From: Nitrospira sp.
GTDB lineage: Bacteria > Nitrospirota > Nitrospiria > Nitrospirales > Nitrospiraceae
Assembly (NCBI GenBank): GCA_024998685.1
Contig: JACOEH010000010.1
Location: 47,789-111,788 of the forward strand
Reading direction: 5' to 3'
DNA: 64,000 nucleotides
The notes under the pieces were generated by a model. That model was not told where the DNA came from. It did no database searches and saw only the letters and a list, made by a program, of their open reading frames with translations. How positions within the stretch are numbered: the first letter of the stretch is position 1; every line of letters starts with the position of its first letter. This document shows positions 18,484 through 28,748 of this stretch, piece after piece. A program made the translations under genes and the position numbers.

Positions 18484-19298
18484 CCCCCCAGTTCTTGAGA
18501 GCGCCTGGTCGCAGCCTCAACGGCGTCGATCAGTACGCCCCGGAGACATCCCTGCTCCAGTCGATGCAAACCCGCAATCGTCGTTCCGCCGGGAGATGCC
18601 ACTTGATCTTTAAGACGAGCAGGATGGTCCCCGGTTTCCAAGACCATCCGTGCCGCGCCTAATACGGTCTGGGCTGCGAGGAGATTCGCCGTCTCCCGCG
18701 GCAAACCCATCTTGACGCCACCGTCGGCCATCGCTTCGATCATGAGAAAGACGTACGCCGGCCCGCTTCCGCTTAACCCGGTCACGGCATCCATGAATCG
18801 CTCGTCGATGCGCACAACCCTGCCGATCGATTCAAAGATCTGTCGCGCACATCTCATCTCACTTTCCTCTACCCCGGGCCCGATCGCCAAGGCAGTCATC
18901 CCTTCGCCGATCATCGCCGGTGTATTCGGCATCGCGCGAATGATGCGAGCCCGTGGCCCGCAAGCATCAATAATTCGACCGAGCCGCACTCCCGCAACCA
19001 CCGAGATCACGAGCCGTTTCGTCAGCACATCCCCGATCTCCTTGAGGACTTCGGCCGTGACCTGAGGTTTCACGGCCAGTACGACGACGTCACTTGAGAC
19101 CACTGCCTCATGATTCGTGATGCCAATCTGAACGCCATACTGAGTCTTGAGATGATCGAGCCGAGCCGTATCTGGATCAACGACGTGGATCTGTTCGGCC
19201 TTGTAGAGCTTTGAGGCTAGCCCCCCTTTGATCAAGGCCTCTGCCATCCGACCACCGCCTACAAATGCGAACTTTTGTGCGAGCGTTGGACTAGGCAT
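18480..19298 (-). CDS. proC: Pyrroline-5-carboxylate reductase
   Basis: [27 protein letters not shown]. Confidence 0.97.
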   Translation of the reverse strand: MPSPTLAQKFAFVGGGRMAEALIKGGLASKLYKAEQIHVVDPDTARLDHLKTQYGVQIGITNHEAVVSSDVVVLAVKPQVTAEVLKEIGDVLTKRLVISVVAGVRLGRIIDACGPRARIIRAMPNTPAMIGEGMTALAIGPGVEESEMRCARQIFESIGRVVRIDERFMDAVTGLSGSGPAYVFLMIEAMADGGVKMGLPRETANLLAAQTVLGAARMVLETGDHPARLKDQVASPGGTTIAGLHRLEQGCLRGVLIDAVEAATRRSQELGG

Positions 19299-19994
19299 GA
19301 CGCGCTCCAAAGATGGCGGTGCCGATGCGCACCAGTGTCGCCCCTTCCTCAATGGCTATTTCATAGTCGTTCGACATTCCCATCGACAGTTCATCCATTC
19401 TCACAGTCGGTAAGTCTAAGACCGAAATCTGCCGAGCGAGATGACGGAGTTTACGGAAATACCGCCTGGCCGACTCCGAGTCGGCAGAGGGATCGCCATC
19501 AAACCTCTGATACAGGCATGAGAGAGCTGCGCCATCATTGGCACCGATTGCAAAACGTCATCGGGATGGAATCCCGCCTTTGTCGGTTCCTTCCCGATAT
19601 TCACTTCCAACAAGACATTCTGCTGACGACCGGCCTCTCCCGCACGGCGATCGATTTCTTGCGCCAGATCTAGACTATCCACAGAATGAATCAGGTCGAA
19701 TAGACCGATCACGGACCGTACCTTCCTTCGTTGCAGCTGTCCGATAAAATGCCAATGAACCGATGCCTGCGTGAAGACGGCTATTTTAGGAAGCGCTTCC
19801 TGTACACGATTTTCACCCAAGATGGACAAGCCGGCACGCACACCTTCCGCAATATGCTCGACGATGACGGTCTTCGTCGCGGCCACCAATCGTACTGTAC
19901 CGGCAGGACGTCCAGCCTTTTCTTCCGCCGACCGAATTTTCGTGAGAACCGACTGAACACGTTTCCCTATCGCTTCCTGGATGAGCGATTCCAT
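19291..19994 (-). pseudogene. yggS: YggS/PLPBP PLP-homeostasis protein with a frameshift near 19488
   Basis: LVAATK, GENRVQE, HFIGQLQ, GLMAIP in one frame. [47 protein letters not shown] lies in another frame ending at TAG 19291-19293. Confidence 0.9.
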
Positions 19995-20077
19995 CGTCCT
20001 CCCACGCGAGTCGCGGCCGCTCATTCAGCGAACGTCCTTATTCTAGCGGAAGAGCCGCAGAATTGGCAGAGTCTGAC

Positions 20078-20827
20078 TTATTCTCGCCTCATCAGCAACC
20101 CGATGGCGCTGACCATGGTGCCGTTGACGTTCCTTTCCCGCCGATAGGAGAAAAAGAGGTCTTCGTGGCAAATTGTACAGAGATTGACGGTCGTGATGGA
20201 CTTCGGAGCCGCCCCGAGAGCCTGCGCCTGTTCTTTGACGAGCGCTTTCAAATCAAGATGCGCTTTTCCGTTTCCTCTCGTCCGTACCACTTTGTTCCAA
20301 TCCGGAAATCGCTGACACAGCTGGTCGAGGACCGGCTCATCCACTTCATAGCAGCAAGGCCCAGCGGATGGACCGATACTGATCCGTACATGCTCCAGAC
20401 ACGAGCCGAAGCGAGACTCCAACAGTGCCAGCGTTTTGGAGACAATGCCGGCAACAGCTCCTCGCCAGCCGGCATGGACAGCGGCCACGACATGCCGTTT
20501 AGGGTCATGTATCAGTACGGGAACGCAATCCGCAGTCCGCACCGCCACCACAATTCCAGGTTGATCAGTGACCAAGGCATCCCAGCCGCCGACAAATCGA
20601 TCCGTCGAAACCAAGGCACGATCCAGGACCAACGCTTCCGTTCCATGAACTTGCTTCACTGAGAGCATCCAAGAGGATAATGCCTCGCCTGCGATTCCCC
20701 TCCGCGGGATTCCCACTTCAAGGCCGTGGCCTATGGCATGCCGACGGGTCCCGAAAAAATGGCGAACCCGACTCCCGGCATCCGCAAACGCCGGCACCGT
20801 AATGACCGATGCGCTTGTTATACTCAA
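20078..20827 (-). CDS. pgeF: PgeF/YfiH purine nucleoside phosphorylase (peptidoglycan editing factor)
   Basis: KQVHG, DALVTD, RTADCVP, HAGWRG, GPSAGPCCYEV, FFSYRRE; start uncertain (20827 or 20860). Confidence 0.93.
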   Translation of the reverse strand: MSITSASVITVPAFADAGSRVRHFFGTRRHAIGHGLEVGIPRRGIAGEALSSWMLSVKQVHGTEALVLDRALVSTDRFVGGWDALVTDQPGIVVAVRTADCVPVLIHDPKRHVVAAVHAGWRGAVAGIVSKTLALLESRFGSCLEHVRISIGPSAGPCCYEVDEPVLDQLCQRFPDWNKVVRTRGNGKAHLDLKALVKEQAQALGAAPKSITTVNLCTICHEDLFFSYRRERNVNGTMVSAIGLLMRRE

Positions 20828-20860
20828 GATCAATACCCCACCACGTGAAGATATGCACAA

Positions 20861-22057
20861 TCAATCTGTTTGTTTGCGAAGAAATGTCGGCACATCCCAT
20901 TCATCTTCGGCAGTGAGCACCGCCCGGTCCATCGACTCTCGCACATCGTTCATTCTTCTCAAAAAGGCGGGGCGATCGAGGTCTTTCATCGGTCGATCTA
21001 CCGCCAGTGACGCGCTCATGCCTGCCAACACGGACGAGACGGGCTTGACCGGTCGACTCGTTGCCCGATCAGCTCCGATCATGGTTGCCGCCGAGTCCTC
21101 TTCTCGTTCAAACCCGGTTGCGATCACCGTAATGATAAGTTCTTCGCCCATGTCAGGGTTGATGACCTGCCCGACAATGATATTGGCTTCGGGATCGGCC
21201 GTTTGTTGGATGATCGAGGCGGCTTCTTCGATCTCGTGCAACGACATGCTGGGACCTCCGGTAATATTCAGGAGAACGCCCCGAGCCCCTTCGACACTTC
21301 CTTCCTCAAGGAGAGGACTGCACATGGCCTTTTGAGCCGCTTCGATCGCTCGATTCGGTCCATAGGAAACGCCCATGCCCATCACCGCTCGTCCGGTATG
21401 TGACATCACGGTACGGACATCGGCAAAATCGACGTTCACATGCCCTGTGGTGGTAATGACGTCGGCAATGCCTTGGATAGCTTGCCGCAACACATCATCC
21501 GCGACTTTGAACGCTTCGAGAAGCGGCGTTGATTTGTCGACGATTCCCAACAACCGCTGGTTCGGAATGATGAGCAGTGTATCGACGTGTCGACGCAAAT
21601 CGCGGATTCCTTCCTCCGCGTGTTTGTTTCGACGTTTGCCTTCATACTGAAACGGTTTCGTGACGACGCCTACCGTGAGGATCCCCATTTCACGGGCGAT
21701 GCTGGCCACAATCGGGGCGGCTCCGGTGCCGGTCCCTCCTCCCATCCCTGCCGTGACGAAGACCATATCGGCCCCTTCGAGACATTCTCGGATGTGCTCT
21801 TTACTCTCAAGCGCGGCATCTCTACCGATCTCCGGTTTTGCCCCCGCCCCCAACCCGCGTGTTCGTTCCGGCCCGAGTTGGATCTTATACGGTGCCAACG
21901 AGCGATCAAGCGCCTGTAGGTCGGTGTTACTTGCGATAAAATCGACACGCGCGAGTCCGGAGGTGATCATCGTATTGATCGCATTGCACCCGCCTCCCCC
22001 GATTCCGATGACCTTGATGCGGACCGGCGACAGTAGATCTTCTTGAAATGAGAACAT
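20861..22057 (-). CDS. ftsZ: Cell division protein FtsZ
   Basis: GGGTGTG, NVDFADV, C-terminal DVPTFLRK. Confidence 0.99.
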   Translation of the reverse strand: MFSFQEDLLSPVRIKVIGIGGGGCNAINTMITSGLARVDFIASNTDLQALDRSLAPYKIQLGPERTRGLGAGAKPEIGRDAALESKEHIRECLEGADMVFVTAGMGGGTGTGAAPIVASIAREMGILTVGVVTKPFQYEGKRRNKHAEEGIRDLRRHVDTLLIIPNQRLLGIVDKSTPLLEAFKVADDVLRQAIQGIADVITTTGHVNVDFADVRTVMSHTGRAVMGMGVSYGPNRAIEAAQKAMCSPLLEEGSVEGARGVLLNITGGPSMSLHEIEEAASIIQQTADPEANIIVGQVINPDMGEELIITVIATGFEREEDSAATMIGADRATSRPVKPVSSVLAGMSASLAVDRPMKDLDRPAFLRRMNDVRESMDRAVLTAEDEWDVPTFLRKQTD

Positions 22058-22119
22058 CGGGGCACCTCCTCACATCGCCTCGCACGGCGACCATCTGCCG
22101 CCCGCAAGGGTTTTAAAGG

Positions 22120-23361
22120 TTAAAAGACCTCCAACACTCGCTTTGTCCACCTGCGCATTTTGTCCCAGGTTCCCCCATTGCGAAGCCCAGCTGTTTCCAG
22201 TTCATCGACGTGTCGTCGGCCGTGTAACAAAAGACCGACCCCGGTCGAATGACTGGGATGGCCGACAATATCGCGCAATCCTCCCACGCCGACAGGTATG
22301 CCTCGGCGTGCCGGCAAGTCTAAAATCTTCTCAGCGGCATCGGGCATGCCGTCCAATAAGGACGTGCCGCCTGTAATCACGGCACCGGCCCCCAGCATTC
22401 CTTCATAACCGGCGCGCACAATTTCTCTTCGGACAAGCTCAAACATCTCATCAACTCGCGGCTCCAAGATCTCGGCAATATCCCGCCTGGAAAATGTCCG
22501 AGCCGGACGATCTCCCACCGACGGCACTTCGACGATCTGATGTCCGGTCACCAATTCAGTCCGCGCAACGCCATGCTGAGTCTTGATTTTCTCAGCCTCG
22601 GTCTGTGAAGTGAGGAGGCCGATGGCCAGATCCTTCGTCAAATTTTGTCCGCCGATGGGAAGGACCGCTGAATGCCGAATGCTGCCGTCCAGGAAAATAG
22701 CCAGATCCGTCGTTCCTCCTCCCAGGTCCACCATCACCACACCGAGGTCACGCTCTTCTTGACTCAACACCGCCTCGCTGGACGCCAACGGCTGGAGAAT
22801 GATGTCCACAACGTCGAGTCCCGCTCGATTCACACTCTTCACGATGTTCTGTGCAGAAGTCACCGCGCCGGTGATGACGTGCACGTTGACTTCCAAACGA
22901 TTACCCGACAGACCCAATGGTTCTCGGACTCCCTCCTGCCCGTCCACCATAAACTCTCGCGGTAACACATGGAGAATCCTGCGTTCATGAGGGATCACGG
23001 CGAGAGTACGAGCGCTTTCGATGGCCCGCTGAATATCTTCACGAGTCACCTCCGCCCGTTTCAGCGCCACGACGCCCTTGCAGTTTTCAGCAGAAATATG
23101 ACTGCCCGCAATGCCGGTGTAGACCGAGTTGATCTGGACCGCCGCCATCAATTCCGCTTCTTCGACCGCTTTCTTGATGGACTCGACGGTGCTTTCGATA
23201 TCAACGACGACTCCTTTGCGTAAGCCGCGGGAAGGACACGATCCAACACCGATAATGCTGATTCCTCCGGCGTCGTTTATCTCCGCCACGATCGCACAAA
23301 TCTTCGTGGTTCCGATGTCGAGTCCGACCAAAATTTGATCCCGCTTCGGCACCGCAATCAC
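22120..23361 (-). CDS. ftsA: Cell division protein FtsA
   Basis: GLDIGTTK, DLGGGTTD. Confidence 0.98.
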   Translation of the reverse strand: MIAVPKRDQILVGLDIGTTKICAIVAEINDAGGISIIGVGSCPSRGLRKGVVVDIESTVESIKKAVEEAELMAAVQINSVYTGIAGSHISAENCKGVVALKRAEVTREDIQRAIESARTLAVIPHERRILHVLPREFMVDGQEGVREPLGLSGNRLEVNVHVITGAVTSAQNIVKSVNRAGLDVVDIILQPLASSEAVLSQEERDLGVVMVDLGGGTTDLAIFLDGSIRHSAVLPIGGQNLTKDLAIGLLTSQTEAEKIKTQHGVARTELVTGHQIVEVPSVGDRPARTFSRRDIAEILEPRVDEMFELVRREIVRAGYEGMLGAGAVITGGTSLLDGMPDAAEKILDLPARRGIPVGVGGLRDIVGHPSHSTGVGLLLHGRRHVDELETAGLRNGGTWDKMRRWTKRVLEVF

Positions 23362-24224
23362 CCCCCTTCCCGTACGACGATTCGATTTCCGTACCGGAGG
23401 TCCACTTCGTTCGCTCTGCGTCCATGACCGTCAAAGTTCAGCGTTCTTAGTGGCGGTTTGACGCGTCGAAACCGTTCCCACTGCTCTTTGACCGCTTCTT
23501 CACCGAACTGGAATCGCACTCCCTGTACGAGTGCGACAAGGTTTGACGGGTTTTCCGCGTTCACTTGCAGCCGGCCTTCGAACGTTTGTCCGATCAATTC
23601 TGCAAGCTCGATGCCCGATGTGATGACCTTCCTCACCGATTCAGTCCCTTCCAACAGACCTTTGGAATCGATTCCCGTCACGAGAGGCAAGGCGTCATCA
23701 TCAGTCTGACCAAGCCTGGTCAGCACATGCCCCTCCGCATCAGTCAGAAAGTTTTGGGAATCGGTACGGACGATGGCGGCAGGTATTCGTTCGACGAGAG
23801 ATATGCGCAACTCATGAAACGGCACACGGGTCACTTCGGCCTCTTTGATCCACGGATGGGATTCCAGCTGCTCCTTCATCACTCGCGTGACGATATGGTG
23901 GAGTGCGGTACCGGGTTTCACCTTTGCTAGATCGAGCACTTTCTGTTTATCGATGTGGTGAGCGCCTTCGACCGTGATGGTCTTGATCTCCAGCAACATT
24001 TGGAGCGCAGGGCCGGAATATTTCACACCCATCACGATGAGCCATGCCGCGAACACCATACCGGTCATCACGCCGATCCATTGAGCAAGAGCCTTTCGTC
24101 TGGCTGTTTTTGTCCGGATGGCGTTCTTCGCCGCTCTCTCTCCTTGTGGATCCTTCCACTGATTTTTTCGTGGCCCGGCTGGAGGTGGTCGCCGCTTTTT
24201 CCCCAGAAATCGCATCACACTCAC
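23358..24224 (-). CDS. ftsQ: Cell division protein FtsQ
   Basis: Single TM, POTRA-like domain, VDLRY; position between ddl and ftsA. Confidence 0.9.
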   Translation of the reverse strand: MSVMRFLGKKRRPPPAGPRKNQWKDPQGERAAKNAIRTKTARRKALAQWIGVMTGMVFAAWLIVMGVKYSGPALQMLLEIKTITVEGAHHIDKQKVLDLAKVKPGTALHHIVTRVMKEQLESHPWIKEAEVTRVPFHELRISLVERIPAAIVRTDSQNFLTDAEGHVLTRLGQTDDDALPLVTGIDSKGLLEGTESVRKVITSGIELAELIGQTFEGRLQVNAENPSNLVALVQGVRFQFGEEAVKEQWERFRRVKPPLRTLNFDGHGRRANEVDLRYGNRIVVREGG

Positions 24225-25204
24225 TCCGTTGGGACAACTCGCGCGAGGCGACTCGCACGATCGAGCGCCGACTGCAGAATTTGTTCAACGAGGTCGTCAT
24301 ACGCAATTCCCACGTGAGCTGCGGCCATAGGCAAAAGACTCGTTTCTGTCATGCCGGGCGCTGTATTGATTTCCAGAACATAGGGGCGACCTCTCGGAGT
24401 GATACGAAAATCCACGCGAGCGGCTCCCTCGCATCCCAACACCTCATAGGCTCGCCTCGCCAACTCACTGATGTGGTGAACCACTTTGGCAGGCAGCGGA
24501 GCGGGACAGAGATACCGTGTCCTGCCCTTCTGATATTTTGATGCGAAGTCGTAAAAACCATCGGACGCTACAATCTCGATGGCCGGCAGTACTTTGGAGC
24601 CTTCTGCCGCGGTACCCAGAATTGAAACGGTGGCTTCATGGCCGGGAATATAACTCTCCACCATCGCCTCCGGATCATAACGATGCGCAAGGGTGAGCGC
24701 CTCTTTCCATTGGCGGCTATGGCGTATGATCGTCACCCCGATCGTGGACCCCTGTGAAACGGGTTTGACAACAATCGGTAATCGTAGTTTTGTCTGCCTT
24801 AAAACCTTCGCCAACGACGGCCTGTCGCATTCCCACACAACAGTTCCAGCAGGGAGCGGAATACCATGTGCGGCCAGTAGCATTTTGGTGGCCGCCTTGT
24901 GCATTCCCACGGCGCTCGCGCGTATACCTGAACCGGTGTAGGGAATCCCCATTGTCTCGAGAAATCCTTGAACGGCTCCGTCTTCACCGCCAGGTCCATG
25001 CAAGGAGAGAAAGGCAATGGCGACTTTCTGATCCTCCAAATCTCGATGCAGACGATCGGTGATGTCGATAGCCACCGCGTCGTATCCTCGACGGATCAGC
25101 GCCTGATAGACGGCCTGCCCGGTCTTCAGCGAAATATCCCGCTCCGAAGATCGTCCTCCCATGAGCACGCCGATCCGGGCGTTTGTCAGTCGGCCCATCG
25201 TCAT
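24221..25204 (-). CDS. ddl: D-alanine--D-alanine ligase
   Basis: GGRSSERDIS, LHGPGGEDG, YDFASKY, LEINTAPGMT. Confidence 0.98.
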   Translation of the reverse strand: MTMGRLTNARIGVLMGGRSSERDISLKTGQAVYQALIRRGYDAVAIDITDRLHRDLEDQKVAIAFLSLHGPGGEDGAVQGFLETMGIPYTGSGIRASAVGMHKAATKMLLAAHGIPLPAGTVVWECDRPSLAKVLRQTKLRLPIVVKPVSQGSTIGVTIIRHSRQWKEALTLAHRYDPEAMVESYIPGHEATVSILGTAAEGSKVLPAIEIVASDGFYDFASKYQKGRTRYLCPAPLPAKVVHHISELARRAYEVLGCEGAARVDFRITPRGRPYVLEINTAPGMTETSLLPMAAAHVGIAYDDLVEQILQSALDRASRLARVVPTE

Positions 25205-25219
25205 GACTATTTCCTTTCG

Positions 25220-26164
25220 CTACGCTTCACCCACGATTTTCAATTCCAGCTCCAATTTGATCCCCATCTTTCTGGCGATTCGAGAGCGCACTTTCTTGAT
25301 CAGCGAGAGCACGTCGGCGGCACTGGCATGCCCTTGATTCACGATAAAATTGGCATGCCTGGTTGAAACCCGTGCATCACCGACCGATGTTCCTTTGAAC
25401 CCTGCCGCCTCGACGACTCGCCCGGCCGAATCATTCAGCGGATTCTTGAATACACAGCCGGCGCTCGGTAGCGTGAGCGGCTGCGTATCACGGCGGTAAC
25501 GGAGATAGTCTTTCACGATCTGTTCGATGTCCGACCGCACTCCCGCCCTCAGCTGCAACCATACTCCGACCACAACACCAGGCGGCAATGTCGCCCGGCG
25601 ATATCGAAAGTCGATTGATTCTGCCGGACAGTGGATCAGCTCGCCTTTCGGGGACACAATCCGAACGGCTTTCACCGAGTCCTTCATTTCACCGAGTCGT
25701 GTCCCTGCGTTCATCACGACACAACCTGCGACAGTGCCGGGAATACCGGCCGCCCATTCCAAGCCGGCCAAAGACCGGCGGATAGCATGGCCGATCAACG
25801 TGGGCATGCCGACGCCTCCTTCGGCATACAACACGGATCCTGGTTCTTCTTTGATTGCACGCAATTTCGCCAGACTGACCACCACACCTCGGATCCCTTT
25901 GTCCCGAACAAGGACGTTGGTACCGCCCAAAACAAAGAGCGGAAGTGCTTGTTCATACGTCTGCTTGGTAAGACGTGCGACATCCTCCACGTCGACCGGC
26001 TCCGCCAACACATCGGCCGGACCACCGATGTGGAACGACGTGTACTCTTTAAGCGGTTCGTTGAAACGAACCGCCCCGAGAACACCCGCCACGGCAGACT
26101 CCAATCTGCGTTGTGCCCGCACGAGTCGTACCTGCGTTCCATCCGTTTGCATCCGATGCTTCAT
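25220..26164 (-). CDS. murB: UDP-N-acetylenolpyruvoylglucosamine reductase
   Basis: IGGPAD, GIPGTVAG, MNAG, SAGCVFKNP, HANFIVN. Confidence 0.98.
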   Translation of the reverse strand: MKHRMQTDGTQVRLVRAQRRLESAVAGVLGAVRFNEPLKEYTSFHIGGPADVLAEPVDVEDVARLTKQTYEQALPLFVLGGTNVLVRDKGIRGVVVSLAKLRAIKEEPGSVLYAEGGVGMPTLIGHAIRRSLAGLEWAAGIPGTVAGCVVMNAGTRLGEMKDSVKAVRIVSPKGELIHCPAESIDFRYRRATLPPGVVVGVWLQLRAGVRSDIEQIVKDYLRYRRDTQPLTLPSAGCVFKNPLNDSAGRVVEAAGFKGTSVGDARVSTRHANFIVNQGHASAADVLSLIKKVRSRIARKMGIKLELELKIVGEA

Positions 26165-26170
26165 GAACCA

Positions 26171-27562
26171 TCAAGCAGACTCAAGCCGGGCTAGAATCCC
26201 GGTTCCAGCCTTCCAGATATCACCCGCGCCCAACGTGAGGACAAGATCGCCCGGCCTTAAATGAGGCAATACTTGATCCGGCAGCGCTTCCTTGCGCTCG
26301 ATGAAGGTCACCGATGGATGGCCTGCAGACTGGATCGTTTCAGCGAGGGCCGCTCCGGAAACTCCCGGTATCGGTGATTCACCCGCCGGATAAATTTCCG
26401 TCATGAACAGCTGGTCGGCATGATCAAAGGCATGCGCGAATTCCTCGATACAATCCCTCGTTCGGCTGTATCGATGCGGCTGAAAAATGACCACCAATCG
26501 ACGGTCCCAGCCCTGCCTGGCGGCAGTGAGGGTCGCTTTCACCTCGGTGGGATGGTGGCCATAGTCGTCGACCACCATGATACCGCCGGCTTCGCCTCGC
26601 AAATGAAACCGCCGTTCGACTCCCGTGAAGGCCGCCAACCCTTTGCGAATCAAATCGACAGGAATCTCCAGCTCGAGGCCGATGGCAATGGCAACCAACG
26701 CATTTGAAACGTTGTGAATACCGGGCACGGCCAATCGGAAGGGGCCAAGATTCTTTCCCCGGAAATGCGTCCGGAACTCGGCACCCCATTGTCTCAGGCT
26801 GATGTCGGTTGCCTTGAAATCCGGAGCCATCCCATCGCGATCGCGGAGCCCATAGGTGTGATACCGTTTGACCAAGCGGGGGAACAGCGCGGCCAGATGC
26901 TCGTCATCGGCGCACAAGACCGCCAACCCATAAAATGGGATTTTGTTGATGAACTCCAAGAAGCTTTCATTAATACGTTCCATCGATCCGTAGTGGTCAA
27001 GATGCTCGCGATCCAGATTGGTCACGGCCACGATGGTCGGGGATAGGCGAAGAAACGATCCATCACTTTCGTCTGCCTCTGCCACAAGCAAGTCACCTCG
27101 TCCAAGCCGCGCGTGACTGCCCAAGGCATTGACCTTTCCTCCAATGACCATCGTGGGGTCAAGACCACTCTGCGCCAACACGTTCGCGACCATCGATGTG
27201 GTGGTGGTTTTTCCATGAGCGCCGGCGATGGCCACCCCAAACTTCAGGCGCATCAGTTCCGCCAACATCTCCGCCCGCGGAATCACTGGAATCTGCTTCG
27301 CCTTTGCGGCCACAACTTCGGGGTTGCCCGCCGCCACTGCGGACGAGATGACCACAACCTGCGCCTCCCCCACATTGGACTCCTGATGACCGATGAACAC
27401 TTTTCCACCCAATTCTTCCAGTCGCTTCGTGGTCTCCGATGCGTGCAGATCCGAACCGGTCACTTTGTATCCCATCGTGAGGAGGACTTCTGCGATGCCG
27501 CTCATACCGGCCCCGCCGATGCCGACGAGATGAATCTGCTGGGTCTTGCGAAAGAGCGTCAT
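26171..27562 (-). CDS. murC: UDP-N-acetylmuramate--L-alanine ligase
   Basis: GIGGAGMSG, GAHGKTTT, EADESD, DDYGHHP; start uncertain. Confidence 0.97.
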   Translation of the reverse strand: MTLFRKTQQIHLVGIGGAGMSGIAEVLLTMGYKVTGSDLHASETTKRLEELGGKVFIGHQESNVGEAQVVVISSAVAAGNPEVVAAKAKQIPVIPRAEMLAELMRLKFGVAIAGAHGKTTTTSMVANVLAQSGLDPTMVIGGKVNALGSHARLGRGDLLVAEADESDGSFLRLSPTIVAVTNLDREHLDHYGSMERINESFLEFINKIPFYGLAVLCADDEHLAALFPRLVKRYHTYGLRDRDGMAPDFKATDISLRQWGAEFRTHFRGKNLGPFRLAVPGIHNVSNALVAIAIGLELEIPVDLIRKGLAAFTGVERRFHLRGEAGGIMVVDDYGHHPTEVKATLTAARQGWDRRLVVIFQPHRYSRTRDCIEEFAHAFDHADQLFMTEIYPAGESPIPGVSGAALAETIQSAGHPSVTFIERKEALPDQVLPHLRPGDLVLTLGAGDIWKAGTGILARLESA

Positions 27563-27626
27563 ACGGTTTAACCTTTGTTGTCGTCCCGCAAAAGTCGGTG
27601 ATCGAATCCCCCGTTCCCCTACAGCG

Positions 27627-28748
27627 TTAACCTCCGGTCGCTCTAGTAGATTGGTTGATGTCATGTGTCACTCCCATGAGCGCGTAACATTCATCGACGA
27701 TCACTTCCCCGGCATCGATGCGTCTCATTTCCAAACTCTTCCGTTGCATCTTCTCCAACTGCTTCGTGTCCGATAAGACAGTCTCGATCATGCCACCCAA
27801 TTTCACTCCGGTAAGATTTGTCTGCGGAAGAACGACGGCCCCTCCCGCCGCTTCCATTGCCCGCGCATTCTTCATCTGATGATCATAGATGGCCGTGGGC
27901 AGCGGAATCAGAATGGCGGCTTTCCCACAAGCCGTCAGTTCGGCAATCGTCATCGCACCGGCACGAGCCACCACCAGATCCGCCGTCTGAAGAACGGCCG
28001 GCATATCGTAGAGAAAGGGGACGACCGTGGCTCGGATACCCAGCGCTCGGTACACATCTCTGACTCGCTCAAAATCTCCCTCTCCGGTTTGATGCGTGAT
28101 GGTCAAACCGGGAAGACGTTGGCTCATGAGAGGCAACCCTTCCAACACCGCGCTGTTGATGGCCTTGGCCCCCTGGCTCCCGCCGAAAATCAGCACGTGC
28201 CGGCCCGCCGGCTTGGTTGACGCGCTGTCGGTTGGTTGCACCAAGAACTCTTGTCGGATCGGTGTGCCGACGACGCGAATCTTTCGCCGGTCAAAGGAAG
28301 CCCCGGCCGACTCGAATGCCAAAAAAACCCTTTGCGCAAAGGGAGCGACGACTTTGTTGGCCATTCCGGGATGGGCATTCGGCTCCAGAATCACCCGGGC
28401 AATTCCCTTCAAGGCAGCAGCAACCAGCACGCTCGGGCTCGTATAGCCTCCCACTCCGATCACTAAATCAGCCTGCCGCCGCTTCAGAATGTCCAGCGAT
28501 TGCCAGATTCCAATAGGTACAGATAGCATCCCCCTTGCGACATCCAGTAGTCCCTTTCCCATGACCGGCTTCGCGGTGATCAGCGCCAGCTCGAATCTCT
28601 CATGAGCGAGCACCCTGGACTCGATTCCGCGCACCGTCCCGACAAAGAGAATATTCGCGGAAGGATCGCGGCGCAGAAATTCTCGTGCCAGCGCGACAGC
28701 CGGATAGAGATGCCCGCCGGTACCACCCGCCGCAATCACAATCGTCAT
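27627..28748 (-). CDS. murG: MurG glycosyltransferase
   Basis: MTIVIAAGGTGGHLYP; ATG overlaps the ftsW TGA. Confidence 0.97.
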   Translation of the reverse strand: MTIVIAAGGTGGHLYPAVALAREFLRRDPSANILFVGTVRGIESRVLAHERFELALITAKPVMGKGLLDVARGMLSVPIGIWQSLDILKRRQADLVIGVGGYTSPSVLVAAALKGIARVILEPNAHPGMANKVVAPFAQRVFLAFESAGASFDRRKIRVVGTPIRQEFLVQPTDSASTKPAGRHVLIFGGSQGAKAINSAVLEGLPLMSQRLPGLTITHQTGEGDFERVRDVYRALGIRATVVPFLYDMPAVLQTADLVVARAGAMTIAELTACGKAAILIPLPTAIYDHQMKNARAMEAAGGAVVLPQTNLTGVKLGGMIETVLSDTKQLEKMQRKSLEMRRIDAGEVIVDECYALMGVTHDINQSTRATGG

